Source: an uncultured Gammaproteobacteria bacterium
Lineage (GTDB): Bacteria > Pseudomonadota > Gammaproteobacteria > Steroidobacterales > Steroidobacteraceae
NCBI GenBank assembly: GCA_963707235.1
Contig: CAVPPC010000004.1
Span: 1,960,812-2,024,811, forward strand
DNA: 64,000 nt
Direction: 5' to 3'
Below, in pieces: positions 53,929 through 62,417 of the stretch. A program made the translations under genes and the position numbers. Within the stretch, counting starts at the first letter, position 1. Each line of letters starts with the position of its first letter. The notes beneath the pieces were generated by a model that worked only from the letters and a program-made list of their open reading frames with translations, was not told the DNA's origin and did not search any database.

Positions 53929-54812
53929 GGCTGCGCTCCCGCGCCGCTGCGGGCGGGATAGGCCTGCGAGCGGACCACCGCACCACGTCCCCCGATGATG
54001 AATTGCACCGGTGAACTGACAGGTGACGAATGCCGACGGGCCGGATTGCCAAACAGGTTCGCCCCATCGATGGCATGCAACGGAGTGGCTTCCGAGTCGC
54101 CGGCTGGGCGCAGCAACACCGATAACTCGCCCATGCGCTGTGCGACCAATACGCGTTCTGCATCTTCCGGCCGCAGCCGCAAGGTCACGGTGGCATAGGA
54201 CACCCCCACTGCAGACCCATCTCCCTCAAGGGCGCCGGCGCCCGCCTGCCGCTGCATCTGCTGGCCGGTGGCAACCACGCGTACCGCTTGCAGCAGCGGC
54301 CGGACCAAGGCCTCGGATCCCGGCGCATCGGGCCGCGTGACCAGCAGCAGGTCGACATAGTCACCAGGCGAGATCAGCCCTGCGGCCGCATTGCTCTCGT
54401 CAACCGGAATGGTGAGCGCGCGCAGGCCCGGCTCGACCAGTGCGGACAATTCGACGGTGCCGGCCGCAGTGAGCGATGAGCCAGTGATCGGTTCGCCGCC
54501 GTCGAGCGCGCGGTTGAGGCGGCGCCCGATGGTAGCCGCAGCGGCGTCGGTACCCAGCGCATCGCTGGCGAGGAATCGCTCAGGCACGGCACGTCGCGCC
54601 AGCATCTGCGGCTCGAGCGTGGTCGCGGCGGGCAGTTGCCGGGCCGCGACCAGCACCTCGCGCGTAGCGTACTGCCCGACAAGTTGCTGGCGGGTGGCTG
54701 CTGCCTGTCCCTGCAGGTATCGGTGCGCCAGCAAGAAGGCACAACCGGCCATCACCACCGCCGCCGCGACGAGCAGAGCATTTCGATTGAGCAGCCATGA
54801 TTTCCACCTCAT
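53925..54812 (-). CDS. cpaB: CpaB/RcpC-family Flp pilus assembly protein
   Basis: N-terminal TM segment 'ALLVAAAVVMAGCAFLLA'. SAF-like 'REVLVAARQLPAATTLEPQML'. It lies directly upstream of the secretin. Confidence 0.8.
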   Translation of the reverse strand: MRWKSWLLNRNALLVAAAVVMAGCAFLLAHRYLQGQAAATRQQLVGQYATREVLVAARQLPAATTLEPQMLARRAVPERFLASDALGTDAAAATIGRRLNRALDGGEPITGSSLTAAGTVELSALVEPGLRALTIPVDESNAAAGLISPGDYVDLLLVTRPDAPGSEALVRPLLQAVRVVATGQQMQRQAGAGALEGDGSAVGVSYATVTLRLRPEDAERVLVAQRMGELSVLLRPAGDSEATPLHAIDGANLFGNPARRHSSPVSSPVQFIIGGRGAVVRSQAYPARSGAGAQP

Positions 54813-54823
54813 GTGTGACTCTC

Positions 54824-54985
54824 TTAGATCAGTGAAACCAGGAAACTGAACGTGGCGTAGGCGTCACGAACCGCATTGGCAAGTGCTCCGGCAACGGAGC
54901 GGCCGTCGAAAAGCGGGATGAACAGCGCCAGCACCACGGTGACCAGACCGAGCATGTACTCGACCATCGCTTGCCCACGTTGCAT
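54824..54985 (-). CDS. Small (53 aa) Flp-like prepilin/pseudopilin
   Basis: 'MQRGQAMVEYMLGLVTVVLALFIPLF' fits the Flp processing motif G/xxxxEY followed by a hydrophobic helix. Confidence 0.5.
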   Translation of the reverse strand: MQRGQAMVEYMLGLVTVVLALFIPLFDGRSVAGALANAVRDAYATFSFLVSLI

Positions 54986-55002
54986 GCCGGGGGCATTCAC
55001 GG

Positions 55003-55695
55003 TCACTGGCCAGCGGCCTGATGCTCGACAAGCACGAGGCCCGTGCCGAGCGGTGTGCGTGCGGCGATAGCGCGAACCGCGACTGCACCGCGCTGAAAAT
55101 CGATCACCCCGCCGCTGTCCGCCTGCGCCCATTCCCAGCCGCGCTCACGCGCGGCCATTCGCAACTTCATCAATGCCACTGCGGGCGGCAATGGCACCGA
55201 AAGGGTGAACTGCGTGACCGAATCGCCCGCTTCGATCGACTGCACCACGTTCTGAATCCGCGCACCCGCTGGCAGCGGCAATTGCGCGCGAGGCCGGCCG
55301 GAGGGAATCGCGAATGGATCGACCTCCGACAGAAAGCCAACGCTGCCGTGACCCGTCGCCTCGAACTGCGCGGTCTGCAGGACCTTTCCGGCCTGATGCG
55401 TAATGACGAACCAGCCGCCGATGCGCTGGCATTGCACCGGCGGGCCGGCAGCGCCACGGACCAGCCACTGCCGTGCCAGCAAGGCACAGACGGCTTCGGG
55501 CGTGAGATCCGAAGTCAGCGCACGGGCTCGCGCCTCCACTCCGTTGATGCGCAGCAGCTGCGCCGTGTCAGCAACTGAAATGTCCGGCGGCAGACGCGGC
55601 TCCGCGGCTGCACCGGCACACAGCCGGCTGCCGCAGACTGCTGCCAACGCAAGCGCACGACGCAGCGCTCGCACCCTCAACACTCCGGCAACCAT
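55003..55695 (-). CDS. Hypothetical exported protein (230 aa) embedded in the Tad locus
   Basis: Signal-like 'RRALALAAVCGSRLCAGAAAEP'. There is no P-loop, no TPR-like repeats and no polytopic TM pattern. I recognise no family. Confidence 0.5.
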   Translation of the reverse strand: MVAGVLRVRALRRALALAAVCGSRLCAGAAAEPRLPPDISVADTAQLLRINGVEARARALTSDLTPEAVCALLARQWLVRGAAGPPVQCQRIGGWFVITHQAGKVLQTAQFEATGHGSVGFLSEVDPFAIPSGRPRAQLPLPAGARIQNVVQSIEAGDSVTQFTLSVPLPPAVALMKLRMAARERGWEWAQADSGGVIDFQRGAVAVRAIAARTPLGTGLVLVEHQAAGQ

Positions 55696-56396
55696 CGGGT
55701 CGGGGACCCTGCATCAGCGTCTACACCCTGGCCGAGGCGATCGGCGGGCACGCGTTCCGGGTCGACCTGCCCCAGACACAACTCGCGCAGCGCCGGCTCG
55801 AACACGGAAAGCAAGCGCACAGTCCATTGCACTACGGAACGCAGCGGCGGCACTGCGCGGGTGAGCACCAGGCCGCCGGCACGCTGCGCCACTTGTGGCG
55901 GGCCGGAGCCGGCCCAATCGCCGCCAAGCAGCACATAGCGTTCGTTGAATTCAATCGGCGTCTGCGCGAATGGATCCGGCAGCTGCGCTGGCCTCGACAG
56001 CGCGACCGCGACGCTCGCCTTGTACATCGTGGGCTCGCGCAGATCGAAGTCCGCGTTGAGTGCGCGAGCTACCCGGAACGGCGCCAGCAAGGCACGTGTC
56101 GATCGCCCCGCCAGGCCGGAATCGGCACTTGCATCAAGGCCGGCGCGGACGCGTTCCGCGGTGATCTGCGTGGAATCACCGTTGTCCGGGAACAGTGAAT
56201 TGCGGAGCGAGTCTGCAGCCACGCGTTCGCCGCCACTCTCGCGCCATGAACCCTCGAACGCCACGCGCCGTGCCGCTTCTATCGTGGCCGCCTGCAATTC
56301 GTGATAGCGGCATAGCACCGGCATGCACAGCAGCAAAGTAGCCAGCACGCCGGCCGCGACCGCAAACTCCGCCATCGCCTGCCCGCGGCAATTCAC
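55677..56396 (-). CDS. TadE-like pseudopilin protein
   Basis: 'MNCRGQAMAEFAVAAGVLATLLLCMPVL' is a TadE-type N-terminus. Confidence 0.65.
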   Translation of the reverse strand: MNCRGQAMAEFAVAAGVLATLLLCMPVLCRYHELQAATIEAARRVAFEGSWRESGGERVAADSLRNSLFPDNGDSTQITAERVRAGLDASADSGLAGRSTRALLAPFRVARALNADFDLREPTMYKASVAVALSRPAQLPDPFAQTPIEFNERYVLLGGDWAGSGPPQVAQRAGGLVLTRAVPPLRSVVQWTVRLLSVFEPALRELCLGQVDPERVPADRLGQGVDADAGSPTRWLPEC

Positions 56397-57739
56397 GGCA
56401 ACACCACGTATGGATCGACATCACCACCACGCGCCGCAGCCGCAATGAGCCGCTCCGAGCGTGTCACGGGCGCAAGGCGCGCCTGCCAATACGGATTGAA
56501 CAGGCTTGCCATTTCCGGCCTGCGATCGGCTCGGCCGACGGGCCTGTGGAAGAAAACCTGCGCAGCCGACAGGGCGTATACCTGACCTGCGTGATAGGCC
56601 GGCTGAACACGCTTGGGTTCCTCGCCGGGAACCACAGTCGCAGCGCCATTCAGGATCACATCGCTGGTGGCAATCGTGCCGCCCGACTGGCGAAGCTCGA
56701 CATCGAAGCGGAGCGGTGCCAGCTGGACCACCGCGGCTCGATGCGCACATCGCGGTACGAAGGAAGACCCGCATAGCCGTTGCGAGCCACCAGATCACCC
56801 TCGGCATAGCCTGAGCCGCGGGGATTGTCGCGGTAGCTGCCGCCGTGTTCGCCGCGGCCGCTCGCCGGGCGGTAGCGATTCTCGGCGGCCTGCCAGGCCA
56901 GTGGCCGTTCATGACTTCCAAACAGACCCACAACGCGCAACGACAGCGTATCCATGCCGCGCCAGGAGTCGTAGCCGATCAGGTCCGTGCCGCCGCGCTT
57001 GCGCAGCGTCAGCAGCGGCGGCAAGCCGAGCGTCCAGCCTCGCGCGCGCGTGAATCCGTCGCGCGAGTCCATGACCAGATCGCGAAGCCGCGCGCGCTGC
57101 CGCGCCTGCGCGGCCGTGCCCTTCGGTGTACTGGCGCCAGCGCAATTCATTCGCAGCAACGAATTCGCGGCCCACGTCGACGGCGCCGGGCGCCGGCTCA
57201 TTGGCCACGGCGACCTCGCGCGCGAGGCTGGCGACCAATGCGGTGGTCTGCGCGTCAGACAGATATTCCGCGCTGGAGAGCACGTCGACGTTCCAGTGAC
57301 TTGCCGCCGATTCCAGCGGTGGCAGCGTGCGCTGCAGGCCACGATCGACGCTGGCCCAGGTCTGCGACACGCTGCGCAGCGCTGCCCCCACAGGCGGATA
57401 CAGTGAGCCGATGGTGGCCGCGCGTTGCAGTGCCTGGTTCACGTAACCAGACCAGGAGCGGAGCGACACGAATTGCGCGATCGCGACTTCGTTGGCGACG
57501 ATGGCGCGGTTCATGTAAGCCTGAAAATTCAGCGAGCGCGCCTCGGCCAGCGCGCCGCTGTAGGCGGCCGCGTCAGCAGCGCCCACCAGGCGCAGCTTGG
57601 CGGCGACGATCTGCCCGGAGTTGAACACGAACAGCAGGCTGCCGAGCAGCGCGGCCAGCAGCATCAGCAGCAGTGCCAGCACCTGTCCGTGCTGGCGCTG
57701 CGCCGTGGCGCCGTGCGGCGCCTCAACGCGGCTGGTCAT
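56393..57739 (-). CDS. TadG-like pilus assembly protein (two frame disruptions)
   Basis: The N-terminus 'RQHGQVLALLLMLLAALLGSLLFVFNSGQIVAAKLRLVGAADAAAYSGAL' is the TadG/'Tad_N' pattern. The gene continues in ORFs 56656-57342 and 56393-56731. Confidence 0.6.
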
Positions 57740-57977
57740 AGTTGTCCAGCTTCATGTCGCGCTGTGCCTGCGTCTGTGCATCGGTGGCCGCGGCATTGGT
57801 CACCGTGCGCGCGGTGCTCGCGCTCTTGCCGGCCAGCGCCTGTGCCGTGACCGCCATCTGCCCGCGCACTGTCTTTCCAAATGCCGTGTACACGCCGATT
57901 GCCGCGACCGCGATCAGCGCCACAATGATGATGTACTCGGTCATGCCCTGGCCGCGCATCGGATGCTGACGAGTCAT
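57723..57977 (-). CDS. flp: Flp-family type IVb pilin (long, 84 aa)
   Basis: 'MTRQHPMRGQGMTEYIIIVALIAVAAIGVYTAF' carries the G/xxxxEY motif plus a hydrophobic helix. GAGG lies 8 nt upstream of the ATG. It is the first gene of the locus. Confidence 0.7.
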   Translation of the reverse strand: MTRQHPMRGQGMTEYIIIVALIAVAAIGVYTAFGKTVRGQMAVTAQALAGKSASTARTVTNAAATDAQTQAQRDMKLDNYDQPR

Positions 57978-58205
57978 GGTTCACCTCACTGTGGTTTGGA
58001 TGGCTTGGGATGGACGTGCATTTCATGCCCGCGCAGCGCGCCGGTCATGCGATCATTGGCATGCGAACACGCCGATATCCGACGCACTGTTGCGCGCAAG
58101 CTCCGCAATGCGCCGCGCTCGAGCGCAAATGCCCCCGCCCGCTTGCCCGCCGCGGAACTATCAGGCTAACGTGCGCTCTGAATGGGGGTCCGCGAGGGTC
58201 AGTTG

Positions 58206-60362
58206 ATGTCGAACCGCAGGCTGCACGGGTGCTCCTGGCCGGGGCGCTGTGCGCCCTCGCCCTGGGCAGCCGTGTCGGCCTCGGCGGCCCCCTGGCGCCA
58301 GTATCCAGCCGGCGACGCGCCCACGGACCGCATCATCGTCCGCTGGCGCGATTCCGGCGTGACCGAAATGCAGATCACCAGCAACACCGATCGCGCCGCA
58401 CGCCTCAGCCGCTCCACCGGCATCACGCTGCGCGCGGTGCGCGAGATCCACGACCGGCTCGATGTGGTGCAGCTCGACGCGCCGCTCGCGGGTGCGGCGC
58501 TGCGGCGCGTGGTGGCGCAGCTCGGGTCTGACCTCGCGGTCAAATACGCCGAGCCCGATCGCATCCGCTATGCGCTCGGTGTTCCCAACGATCCGCGCTT
58601 CGTGGCCGGGAGCGACGCCAACGGCCAGTGGGAAGGCCAGTGGTACCTGAACGATCCGACCCCGACCGTGCCGGCGGCGATCGGCGCCACCACGGCCTGG
58701 GACAGCGCCACCGGCGCGCCCTACATCATCGCGATCATCGACAGCGGCGTGGACTACACCCACCCGGACCTCGGGCTCTACGGGTCTGGCGGCAAGCTGC
58801 TCCCAGGGCGCGATTTCGTCTGCAACGATGCGGGCGTGGACTGCACCAGCACGGCCACCGGCAACACCTTCGTCGAGGCCAACGACGGCGATGGCTGGGA
58901 TGCTGACGCCACCGACCCCGGCGACTGGCTGACCGCGGCGGATGTCGCCACCGGCGGGCTCTGCCCGGGCGAGGGCCTGGGCCCGAACAAGGACCAGGCG
59001 ACGCCCAGCACCTGGCACGGCACGCGGGTCGCGGGCATCGCCGGCGCGATCACCAACAACGGCGTGGGCGTCGCCGGCGTGGCCCCCGGCGCGTACCTGC
59101 TGCCCATCCGGGTGTTGGGCAAGTGCCAGGGCTACATGTCGGACATCGTCGCCGGCATGTACTGGGCGGCGGGCCTGACGACCACCGACACGACCTCATT
59201 CCCGGCCAATGCCTACCCCGCGCAGATCCTGAACCTGAGCCTCGGTGGCACCGGAACCTGCACCCAGACCGAGCAGGATGCCGTGAACACCATCCTGCAG
59301 AATTCGCACCTGATCGTCGCGGCGGCCGGGAATGACGGCGGCCCGATGCTGGCGCCGGCCAACTGTACCGGCGTTATCGCGGTCGCCGGTATCCGCCATA
59401 CCGGCACCAAGGTGGGCTACAGCAATGTCAGTACCACGGCCGCCGCCATCACCATCGCGGCGCCGGCCGGCAACTGCGTCAACCTCAACACCGACCACCC
59501 CTGGACGCTGCCCTGCCTGTATTCGATCGAAACCACCAGCAATGACGGCTTGACCACGCCCGACACGGACCCGACGCACGCGTTCTACACCTACGCGGTC
59601 ATGACCCCGGGCTACAGCGGCAACATCCTCAACGAAGGCACGGTCGGCACCAGTTTCGCTGCTCCCATCGTCTCGGGCGTCGCCGCGTTGATGATCGAGG
59701 CCAACCCGAACCTCACGGCCGTGCAGCTCACCGCACGGCTCCAGGCCTCGGCCACGCCGTTTCCGGTGCCGACGCCGGCGCCTGCGGGGGGCGTGTGCCA
59801 CGTGGCGGCGCTGACCACCGATTCCACCGGGGCCTACACCGACGTCCAGACTGACGAGTGCACCTGCACCACCGCCACCTGCGGCGCCGGCATGCTCAAT
59901 GCCGCTGCTGCGATCGCGCGCTCGCTTTATCCGCTCGCCAGCATGACCACCTCGACCGACACGGCCTCGGTGGGCGAACACATCACGCTCGACGGCAGCG
60001 GCAGCTCGGCGGCGGCCAATTACACCATCGCCAGCTACCAGTGGACTTCCGACCCCGCGGTCTCGATCGCCGACGCCACGAGCGATGTGGCCACGATCGT
60101 GTTCCCCGCGCTGCGCCCCATTACCGTGACGCTGACAGTGACCGACAGCGCCGGACGGCAGGATACGGTCAGCAAGACCATCAATTCAGTGGCCCTGAGC
60201 GAGGGCGGCGGTGGGGGCATCGTGGGCCCGGCCGGCCTCCTGCTGCTCGCCACGGGCGCCGGCCTGGCGTTTCGACGACGCCAGGGCGCCAGTGCCGCTA
60301 TGCTACGCGGCTCGCTGACCCAGCCCAGCCTTTCCGATAGGTCCGAAGGAGAGTCGATTTGA
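58206..60362 (+). CDS. S8 family (subtilisin-like) serine peptidase with propeptide, PKD-like domain and a GlyGly-CTERM-like tail
   Basis: The catalytic triad contexts are 'AIIDSGVDYTHPDL', 'HGTRVAGIAGA' and 'GTSFAAPIVSGVAALM'. The PKD-like domain is 'ITLDGSGSSAAANYTIASYQWTS...TLTVTDSAGRQD'. The tail is 'GGGGGIVGPAGLLLLATGAGLAFRRRQ'. A signal-peptide-like 'LLAGALCALALGS' is in a different frame at about 58225-58300. Confidence 0.9.
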   Translation: MSNRRLHGCSWPGRCAPSPWAAVSASAAPWRQYPAGDAPTDRIIVRWRDSGVTEMQITSNTDRAARLSRSTGITLRAVREIHDRLDVVQLDAPLAGAALRRVVAQLGSDLAVKYAEPDRIRYALGVPNDPRFVAGSDANGQWEGQWYLNDPTPTVPAAIGATTAWDSATGAPYIIAIIDSGVDYTHPDLGLYGSGGKLLPGRDFVCNDAGVDCTSTATGNTFVEANDGDGWDADATDPGDWLTAADVATGGLCPGEGLGPNKDQATPSTWHGTRVAGIAGAITNNGVGVAGVAPGAYLLPIRVLGKCQGYMSDIVAGMYWAAGLTTTDTTSFPANAYPAQILNLSLGGTGTCTQTEQDAVNTILQNSHLIVAAAGNDGGPMLAPANCTGVIAVAGIRHTGTKVGYSNVSTTAAAITIAAPAGNCVNLNTDHPWTLPCLYSIETTSNDGLTTPDTDPTHAFYTYAVMTPGYSGNILNEGTVGTSFAAPIVSGVAALMIEANPNLTAVQLTARLQASATPFPVPTPAPAGGVCHVAALTTDSTGAYTDVQTDECTCTTATCGAGMLNAAAAIARSLYPLASMTTSTDTASVGEHITLDGSGSSAAANYTIASYQWTSDPAVSIADATSDVATIVFPALRPITVTLTVTDSAGRQDTVSKTINSVALSEGGGGGIVGPAGLLLLATGAGLAFRRRQGASAAMLRGSLTQPSLSDRSEGESI

Positions 60363-62398
60363 GCCTTTTTGCGCGCGCGCCCGTCGGGCGCCTGGCCTGT
60401 GCCGGTGTAGCCGCCACCCTGTTCATGTTGATGGCGGCCTGCAGCGGCAGCTCGCGGGCGATCGGCACGCCGGCAGTTGGCACCTCCGCCGGGGTCGTCC
60501 TGACGACCTCCCAGAACACCGTCCAGCCCCAGCTGCAACAGGGCGGGACGGTCACTTTCACGGCCACCGTCGGTGTCGACCCGAACAGTGAGGGCGTGAC
60601 CTGGGTGCTGAGCGGCGTGGGCACGCTCTCGGCCAACACCAAGACGACCGTGGTGTACACGGCGCCGGCCACCGGCGTGGTCGGCACGACGACGCCGACC
60701 ATCACGGCCACCGCCGTCCACGATGCGACCGAGACCTCCACAGCGACCATTTTCGTGCTGGGTACACCGGTCATCGTCGCCCCGACACTGTTCCCGGCGA
60801 ACGTCAACAGCCTGTATGGCGCAAACCTCGTCGTTTCGGGCGGTCTGGCGCCGTTCGTATGGACGCAGGGTACCGGCACGCTACCGCCGGGCATCACGCT
60901 TCTTACCACCTCGACCAGCGCCGTCAGTTCGTTCAGCGGCACGCCGACCGCGGCCGGCACCTATACCTTCCAGGTCAAGGCGACCGACAGCAATACGCCC
61001 GCAATCGTGGCCACCGTCGATATCACCGTGGTGGTCAAACCGGCCGCGGCCTGCCTGCTCGAAGGCCAGTACGCGCTGGTGACCACTGGCTTTGACAGCA
61101 ACAAAATGACCGTCAGCGCGGCGAGCCTTACGGTGAGTTCGACCGGCACGATCAGCGGTTACCACGACTTCAACTCGCCCTCGAACACGGCCAACGTGGC
61201 CGAAACGCTGACCGGCACCTGCACCACGCGCGTCAGCAACAACGGCGCGCTGACGCTCACTGGCGCGAAGAATTCGCCCGAGTACGACTACGCGGTGACC
61301 ACCGCGCTGACCCGCGGCCGCGTGCAACTCGACAACGGCGGCGACACGCAATCGGCCAGCGGCTTCTTCCAGAAGCAGGATCCGACGGCCTTCGTGCAGA
61401 CCGCGCTCGCGGGCAACTTCGCCTTCGGCACGCTCGGCGTGGCGGACGACGGCACGCGCCTCGGACTGGTGGGCGCCCTGGCGATCGATGCCGGCGGCAC
61501 CGTCACCGGCAATGCCGACGAGAACGGCGGCAGCGCGCTCACCGATGCCCCGCTAGCGGGAGTCCTGGGCGCGCCCGACACCAACGGCCGCGGCACGCTG
61601 ACGCTCACCGCCACCGCGAGCGGCGGCAACCAGACGTTCCACTTCGCGTACTACATCGTCAATGCGGACCGGCTGCTGCTGGTCACGACGGATGCCGCGC
61701 CGCGCCTGGCCGGCTACATGACGCGCCAATCGGGAGCCTTCGCCAACAGCTCGCTCGCGAACCCGGCGATCCTCAGCCTGTGGGGTGCGGCAAAAGTCGC
61801 GGCGCCGATGACGACCATGACACTGGCCCGCCTGTCGGGGGCGAATGCGACCAACGGCACGCTGGTGTTGCACATCGATGTCGCTGATCAATTGACCGCC
61901 GCCTTCGATGAGACTACCGGCGCCGTCAACGGCACCTACGCGGTGCGCGCCGCCGACGGCCGCACGACCTTCGGTTTCGGCACGGGCTCTGCCGCCCGGC
62001 ACTTCGTGGTCTACATGGACAGCGCCGCCAACGGCTATGTCATCGAGCAAGGGAGCGCGGTGGCCAATGCGGGAATCCTCGAACCGCAATCTGCCGGACC
62101 GTTCACATCGAGCCTGCCCGGTTTCTTCGTCAGCGGCACGCAATATCCGGAAGACGTGGCGCCCATGGTGTTGATGCCCTCGGTCAGCATCGCCAACGGC
62201 GTCATCAATTCTGCCAACGCGGGAACTGGCTATTTCGCGATCGACACGGCCACCGGCCGCGCCATCGGCTCAACGAGCCTGACTGGCAGCGGGCAGGCCC
62301 TGTTCGTGGCGTATATCGTCAACCCGAACCGGATGGTGACGTTCCGCACCGGTGCGTTGAACCGCAGCGCCGTCATGGACTGGCTGGACGCGAACTAG
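60359..62398 (+). CDS. Large lipoprotein (679 aa) with N-terminal Ig-like repeats and an uncharacterised C-terminal domain
   Basis: AAGGAGAG lies 5 nt before TTG 60359, which overlaps the S8 stop. The lipobox is 'LFMLMAAC'. The Ig-type repeats are 'GGTVTFTATVGVDPNSEGVTWVLSG' and 'LPPGITL...FSGTPTAAGTYTFQVKATDS'. Confidence 0.7.
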   Translation: MSLFARAPVGRLACAGVAATLFMLMAACSGSSRAIGTPAVGTSAGVVLTTSQNTVQPQLQQGGTVTFTATVGVDPNSEGVTWVLSGVGTLSANTKTTVVYTAPATGVVGTTTPTITATAVHDATETSTATIFVLGTPVIVAPTLFPANVNSLYGANLVVSGGLAPFVWTQGTGTLPPGITLLTTSTSAVSSFSGTPTAAGTYTFQVKATDSNTPAIVATVDITVVVKPAAACLLEGQYALVTTGFDSNKMTVSAASLTVSSTGTISGYHDFNSPSNTANVAETLTGTCTTRVSNNGALTLTGAKNSPEYDYAVTTALTRGRVQLDNGGDTQSASGFFQKQDPTAFVQTALAGNFAFGTLGVADDGTRLGLVGALAIDAGGTVTGNADENGGSALTDAPLAGVLGAPDTNGRGTLTLTATASGGNQTFHFAYYIVNADRLLLVTTDAAPRLAGYMTRQSGAFANSSLANPAILSLWGAAKVAAPMTTMTLARLSGANATNGTLVLHIDVADQLTAAFDETTGAVNGTYAVRAADGRTTFGFGTGSAARHFVVYMDSAANGYVIEQGSAVANAGILEPQSAGPFTSSLPGFFVSGTQYPEDVAPMVLMPSVSIANGVINSANAGTGYFAIDTATGRAIGSTSLTGSGQALFVAYIVNPNRMVTFRTGALNRSAVMDWLDAN

Positions 62399-62417
62399 CG
62401 CATCCCCGAACGGGACT

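Noticed and set aside
58057-58072. Sigma-54-like TGGCAT...GC element in the flp / S8 intergenic region
   Set aside because: The spacing of GG to GC is off by one and the -12 element is not TTGC. This is insufficient to call, especially given the indel noise.
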